Source of the DNA: Pelomyxa schiedti
Lineage: Eukaryota > Protista > Evosea
NCBI GenBank assembly: GCA_020536535.1
Contig: JAHLWZ010000846.1
Span: 15,373-79,372 of the forward strand
Direction of reading: 5' to 3'
DNA length: 64,000 nucleotides
The notes beneath the pieces were generated by a model. The model was not told the DNA's origin, made no database searches, and was given only the letters and a program-made list of their open reading frames with translations. This document shows positions 57,987 to 64,000 of the stretch, piece after piece; the first letter of the stretch is position 1; each line of letters starts with the position of its first letter. A program made the translations under genes and the position numbers.

Positions 57987-60299
57987 ATGGCGGACCCCCT
58001 GGGGCTGCCGCCCATGGCCGACCCGCTGGGCCTCCCCCCGATGGCCACCCCCTCGGCCATGCCCCTCCCGGTCCCCGAGCCCGTCGCGGTCCCCGTGTCT
58101 GTCACTACTACTGCTACTGCTCCCAAGCCCTCGCCTGTTTCGTCCACGCCAACTCCTGCCGCGAGCAAGGCGGAGGACCCTCACGCTTCCGAGAAGGCGC
58201 AGTATGAAATTGAGAAGAAGAAAACCATATTGGTAACAAACATAAACCCGAAGACTACCAAGGAGCAACTCATTGCTTTGTTCAATTGCCCTCATGGTGT
58301 GAGGGAAGTAAAGTGGTATGCACCAAACTATTCCACCCCTAATTCTCGTTCTCTATCCTATCTCCTTTTATTTGGTTCTCTATGTACTTGGCGACCAGTC
58401 CTTTCCTTTCCTTTGCTTTTCTTCACTTTTCTTTTCCTCTCGTGGATGAACAACACATTTTAATGATGTTAAAAAAAAGGTACCATAAACTCAATACCAA
58501 TAACGCTTTGGTGGAATTCAATGAAGCTGGTGAGGGCCCACAAGGCCTCACCATTGAGAACTTGATTCAAGTTGATGGAAACTGGCTCAACACTGCTCCA
58601 AGCACAATTTGCATTCGTGAGGCTAATAAACTCGAAGTTGATATTGAACAACGGAAGGCTCGGTGTGTCTTTTCTCTTTGCGTTCCAAGCCTGACCTCAT
58701 GAAGTGAGGCTGTGAGAAGGCTAAAAGAAGCACAGGCCACTCCTTCTGCTGTTGTTGAAGACATGGAAGTGTGTTGTATTGTGGTGTTACTCTATTTGAC
58801 CTTTTGGGTAGATGTGGAAAGCCCGTGCAAAGAAAGCTGAAGAAGAACTGGAGCACAAAGACAAAATTATCGCTTTTCTCAAAGGGAAACTGGGAATGCC
58901 CCTGGTACCGTGTTGTTTTTTCTCTTGATCTTTTTAATTCTCCTTAGGAGGAAGAAGTTAAGCTGCCAGAAGAGACGAAGGAAACAGCTGCAGCTGCAGC
59001 AGAACCAGAACCATCAGCGTTCTCCTTACTTTTCCCACAGCTGGCCCTTCCTCTCCCACCTTTGCCCATGTCAAAGGAACCTGTCCCTGTTCCCCTTGAG
59101 GCTCCTTTGCCGGCCCCTATACCCATACCCCTCCCTATAGCCACCACTACCACAACACCTTCTGATAAACCGTCTGCATTTGCGTTAATTGCACACAAGA
59201 CCATGGCTCTTCTTGCTGTAAAATCCGAGCTTGAGGCACTTGCCAACAAATGGTATTCATACTTCCAGTAGTCAACAGTGTCAACACAAATTAGGCGAAC
59301 TGTCATGGCCCAGAAAGTCACTGAAATGGAAGTAACTCCCGCAATGCAGAAGCTTCAAGAAGAAAGGGAAAGAAAATCACTTGTAAAGACATACATGTGC
59401 CCAATCTGTTTTTCGGAAGTGCCTCTTGCGCAAATGTACGTGTTGGATTTGTGCTTCCATAGATTCTGTCTAGCGGTAAGTTCTAACTCCTAACCGTGGG
59501 TTACTAAATTGCTTCAGTGCATCAGAGATTACATGAACACAAACATTACCGAAGGCGCAACTGCCCTCAAGGTTAGATTTAATTGGTATTTTAGCTATGA
59601 CCTAACCCAAACATAGTGCCCAGAACCGAGTTGCACATGCCACATCACTCCTTCAGAGGTAAAGCAGCTTATGGACAGGTCTACATATCTCAAGTATGAA
59701 GACTTTAGCCTCAAGGCCGCTCTGGCAGCCATCCCGGATGTGAGGTGGTGTCCCAAAGCAAATTGCGGCAATGCTATGATTAGTGTGTACACTCTCGCCT
59801 TTTCATGATAGCCTAACTCTTGTGCTAGTAAGTGGAGGTCTTTCAGCCAAGTGTCTGAACCCAAAGTGCAGGTTCATGTTCTGCATCAAGTGCAGAGATG
59901 AATGGCACCCTGACATTTCTTGTGAAATGTATCAGAAATGGAAATGTATGTTGCTTTTTCCTTTCCCAGGTTTTTAACTTGCTATCTAGTGGAAAACAAC
60001 GAGGCTGATTCCCGCTTCGCCGAATGGGCCTCTTCTCACTCCAAACCATGCCCGAAATGCAATGCAGGAATCGAGAAGAACGGTGGCTGCAACCATATGT
60101 AACTCCCATAATCCGAATTCCCGCTTTCTAACCTCGTGCCTTCAAGGACATGCAAGGGCTGTGGGCATCAATTTTGCTGGCTGTGCATGGGTGACTATGA
60201 TGTACCTACCACCCTTTTCTTTTTGTGTATGTTAAGGCTTTATAGGGAAACCACTTCTCTACTGGGCCTTGTGCTGGAAAACAATTCACAGACAGCTAA
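57987..60299 (+). CDS. RRM-like domain plus RBR (RING1-IBR-RING2) E3 ubiquitin ligase
   Basis: [20 protein letters not shown] and NALVEF (RRM-like); [24 protein letters not shown]; [31 protein letters not shown]; RING2 [30 protein letters not shown]. Confidence 0.88.
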
Positions 60300-60388
60300 A
60301 CACCAATACTACACTAAAAAGAAAAGCTATCTACCCCTTCCTACCATCAAAATTTTTTCAAACACGAGGAAAAAAAAAAGAATCAAAT

Positions 60389-63300
60389 ATGTTGTCTGAG
60401 GTGACAGGTGGTGACAGCATTCCCCTGCGTCGTCTTTTTTTATTTTTATTCGTGTGTAGATACCAATGGGGATGGCGCCCTTGACACGATGACTGCATCT
60501 ACGGCTACCGCTTCTATGCTCACTTCAGTCGAGGCTCCTGCTTTACCTCGTGCCAATTCATACTCTGTTGTGACGGCAGATTCAAACACAACAAAGTCCA
60601 CAAACACATCCGAAACAACATCGACGACCGCAACCTCAACAACCTCGTTATCGACAGGTCGTAGTGTGAGTGCGAGTGGCAACGGGGCGAGCACTGCAAA
60701 TAATTTGGCAGATTCCGCAGGGTCTGCCTCTGCCATTTTGAGTGCTGCATCTCCTGTTTTAACCACCACTCCCTCTCTGGCTACTAACGAGGACGACTTA
60801 ACAGTGCTGACACTCTCTGAGGATCGCTATGGGTTTCCTCTCAATACTGAGGAGGCTAAGCGGTACTTAAAGTATGCCCCACAATACGAAACCAGGGACG
60901 CCAAGATGGAGCGAAAGTGGGATGCTATGTGCAAAAAATATAAGTGGGATATTACAGGGTTTCCTCCAAGTGCGTACTGTAGTTCTGGCCTTCAATCCTA
61001 ATATTTTTTACAGGGTCGGAATTAATGCCTTACAATCAATTCCGAGCTCTTGTTCTGAAAGGTGTACCAAGGAAATATCGAGCCGATGTAAATCTCCTGC
61101 AAATGGAACTCCTTTCTAACCAACACAACATTTAAGTTATGGAAGAAATTGAGTGGCGCCTGTGAACTACAACTTAATGAAGAACCTGGCTACTATGCTC
61201 AGCTGATTTCCAACTCCTCAAGTGTCATACAAACAACCGTCCGTGAGGAGATTGAGAGGGTAGGTCCATTTTACAGACCCAATTCTCAGCTCCCGTTTTA
61301 GGACCTTGGGCGAACTTTCCCTCATCATACTTTATTTTCTCAAGTGGATTCCTCCATAGTTCAAAGCATGCGGCGTATACTGTATGCCTATTCTACAAGA
61401 AATCGTAGTGTTGGATATTGTCAAGTATCTCCCCGAGAACTTGTAGGGCTGTTTAAGCTTCAGAATAGGGTATGAATATGCTTACAGGATGGATGCTTCT
61501 CTTTCTTCCTGAAGAGGACACATTCTGGATTCTTTGTGCCATCGTTGAATATATTTGCCCTTTGTACTATACCCAAAATATGATGGGGTGTCAGGTTTGA
61601 TAAACTCTCAAGTTTGCAAAGTAAATGGAATATAGATTGACCTGAGAGTTTTTGGAGATTTAGTAAAGCAAAACCATCCCAAAGAGTTTGAGCATCTAGA
61701 GTCACTGTGCATCTCCCTTCCACTTGTCACCACAAGGTGGTTTTTGTGTGCATTCATAACTGTGGTCCCTTCTGAAGTATTCTTTCTCTAGTTCAGGCAC
61801 TTTCTGTCCATTGACTTAGTTCCCAATTTCAGACTTGCCTTCGTATATGGGATGCCTTTCTCTTACACGGAACTATGATTCTATTTCGTGCAGGGGTGGC
61901 ATTGATCAGACTCTGCTCAAAAAAATTCATGAGGTACCTTCTTATTAAATCCTCGTCTTGACAAATTACAGTGCTGATTCAACTCTTCAAGTTGTAAAGT
62001 TTTTCCAGGACTTCCCTGCAACAGTGTTTAATCACAGTAAACTTTTTAAGGTCAGTGCAACTTTGGGGTGGGAGGGGATTATCTCCTTGACTTGGCGCTC
62101 AGCTTATTGAAGCCATGAGCCACATTACATATAAACGAGTTGAGTTCATGCACGCCAAGTACGAGGATGAGTTGAAACGGGAAACCGAAGAAATTCATAG
62201 AGCGAGAGATGTGCAACATCTTGCAAGGTTCACGAGCTGTATGCTTTCTCCATCAAACTCTCCCTTCAACACACTCCAGTTACCCGTGAAGAACTTGAAA
62301 GATTTTGGGATCAAGTTTCCAAACTCAATAATGTTGATCGTAACACCAGAGGAAGCGTTGTGTTCAATTTCGAACAGTTTCAAGGCATCCTTTCTAGTAT
62401 AGGTATCATTTTAGTAGTAAATCCCGTCATTGATATTACTTAGTTCCCGGGTGGCAACCAAATACTCCTGCCATGTTGCAACTTTTTAAGGTTTGTATTT
62501 ACTCTCATTTTTGTTATTGATCAGAGGAAAAGATTTTTGATGAAAATGGAGACAACAGACTGGATTTTCGAGAGGTTCTTTTAACTTTTGATTTGAGTTA
62601 TTAGTTTTTAACTTGAATATAGCTCATGACAGGCCTGTCTTTACTCTCTAAAGGATCGCTGGAAGACAAGCTTATGTGTAAGCAAGATCCCTCTTCATAA
62701 ATTTAATCACTTTCACAAGTATGCTTTCGCACTTACGACCCAGAAAACAAAGGATACATCAGGTTGACTAAGTGGTTTTATATTTCCTAACCCCTCTCCA
62801 GCAAAAGTGCTGTTGTTGATATGCTGTTTAGTGTGTACAAAAATTCTAGTCCTGCATTGGTTGCAAAGGACCCCGAGAAAATCATGTGTGCTTTAAAGGA
62901 CCTTGTGGATAAACTCTGTGTGCATCTGGGCATACACGGAGATATTCCTCTTTCCTTTGAGGTTTCGTTGTCTTTTTACCATCATTCGTCTCATTTTCAA
63001 GTGTACAATAGGACTTCAGACAATTTGTGAATTGCCAGCCTCAACTGATAGAGCATTTTGTTGTTACTGACCACTGTGAAGCGGAGATGGACCCCCCTTC
63101 TACACACACATCAAAGAAGAAAACAAACCCTAAGTATCAGCAATATGACCTGGACACACTACTGTATACCTCAGTTGGGCATGCAAGAGGTGCAGTCATT
63201 AAGGATTCCCTGCTAGGACAAGACGGGAAACCTGCCAAGTCAAAAAGCAAAAGGGCTAGCATAGGATCGAAATTTGTATTGATGCCGTCAACTGAAAATC

Positions 63301-63725
63301 ACGCTTCCACCTCCAGTGCCGAAGCAGGCTCGAGTTCATATTTGCACAGGGCAGCCAGTACAGGGAACGTTGGCACCAGCAGCATACCTATAGGAAAAAG
63401 CAGGGCAGAAAGACAAGAAGTGGGAGTTGTTGTGGGATCAGTTGGCTCTGTATGCGACGAAGAAATGCAAGTTGCTGACTTGGGGCCGCCAAGCTCCACT
63501 TACCCACCACTCACTTCTGTTGCTGTTGACCACCAGAACACAGAGTCATCTACGGAGCCAATTTACGAAACCCTAAGTGAAGCTGTGACCGAGCCACACC
63601 ACTACTCTGCCTTGAGCGTTCAGCAGGATGAACTACTGGACCCACTGCTAAGTGCACCAAAAGGTGCCATGGAGAGAGCGGCCAAATCACACCGCTGCCC
63701 GTGGTGCCTTTGTACTTGTCTATAG
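60389..63725 (+). CDS. TBC-domain Rab GAP with EF-hands and a C-terminal CaaX-like tail
   Basis: DRYGF, VLKGVPRKYRADLW, EEIERDLGRTFP, SVGYCQGMNML, LRIWDAFL; EF loops FDENGDNRLDFRE and YDPENKGYIS; ends CPWCLCTCL*. The start is 60389 (via a short first exon) or 60489. Confidence 0.88.
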
Positions 63726-64000
63726 CCCCACACTCCCAACAACAGCCCACAACAATAAATCAATTTTGGACTCGTTAAAATGTAAACAATTCTGGACAAA
63801 TTTAACATTGTTTCGCAAATCCTACGCTGTGACTGTTTCATTTGACGACTCTTGAATCGTCAAAGAGACCAGGTGTTTCCTGACTCGATTAGTTTGGGGT
63901 TGATGCGGGAAGAATTGTACATTCCGCAAAAGGATTTATTGCAATAAAACCTAATCGTTCGACAGCACCGAACATCCAATCACCAATTAATTTAGAGGGA

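Noticed and set aside
1-64000. Stop-codon reassignment or a prokaryotic operon-like reading of the fragmented ORFs
   Set aside because: In the conserved genes I traced, in-frame stops fall inside introns with proper splice signals and genes end at ordinary TAA/TAG/TGA; the fragmentation reflects short introns.

Overview
This is a very gene-dense, intron-rich eukaryotic window. Most introns are about 35-95 nt, intergenic gaps are often under 150 nt, and GC/CpG-rich patches lie near many gene starts. Gene content (amoebozoan-type tyrosine kinase, synapsin-like protein, bacterial-type enzymes carrying introns) suggests a protist, plausibly an amoebozoan such as an archamoeba; this is inference only. 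I assembled about 22 spliced protein-coding genes by eye: a Cys-less pentameric ligand-gated ion channel, an alpha/beta hydrolase, a synapsin-like ATP-grasp protein, a HAD phosphatase, a vWA protein, HSF, a LAG1-type ceramide synthase, a BTB-pentapeptide-glutaredoxin-like protein, a SAM methyltransferase, RPN2, a Crinkler-like REase-kinase, rhaA, TOE1, PRP17/CDC40, a receptor-type RasGAP, a DH-PH-FYVE-SAM GEF, GH31, a SAM-TyrK-GNAT fusion, an RRM-RBR ligase, a TBC-EF-hand protein and two low-complexity hypotheticals. The highlights are: (1) a textbook U12-type AT-AC intron that splits the DFG Asp codon of a tyrosine kinase and follows a 7-nt micro-exon; (2) a single-pass receptor with a cytoplasmic RasGAP domain whose ectodomain holds a symmetric 13+13 hexapeptide N-glycan repeat around a 4-Cys hairpin tip; (3) a tyrosine kinase-acetyltransferase fusion; (4) a Crinkler-like nuclease-kinase with a decayed inverted copy 30 kb away that shares a near-identical 3' end. 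No tRNA, rRNA, CRISPR array or intact transposon was recognised. Exon boundaries were read manually and no database searches were run.
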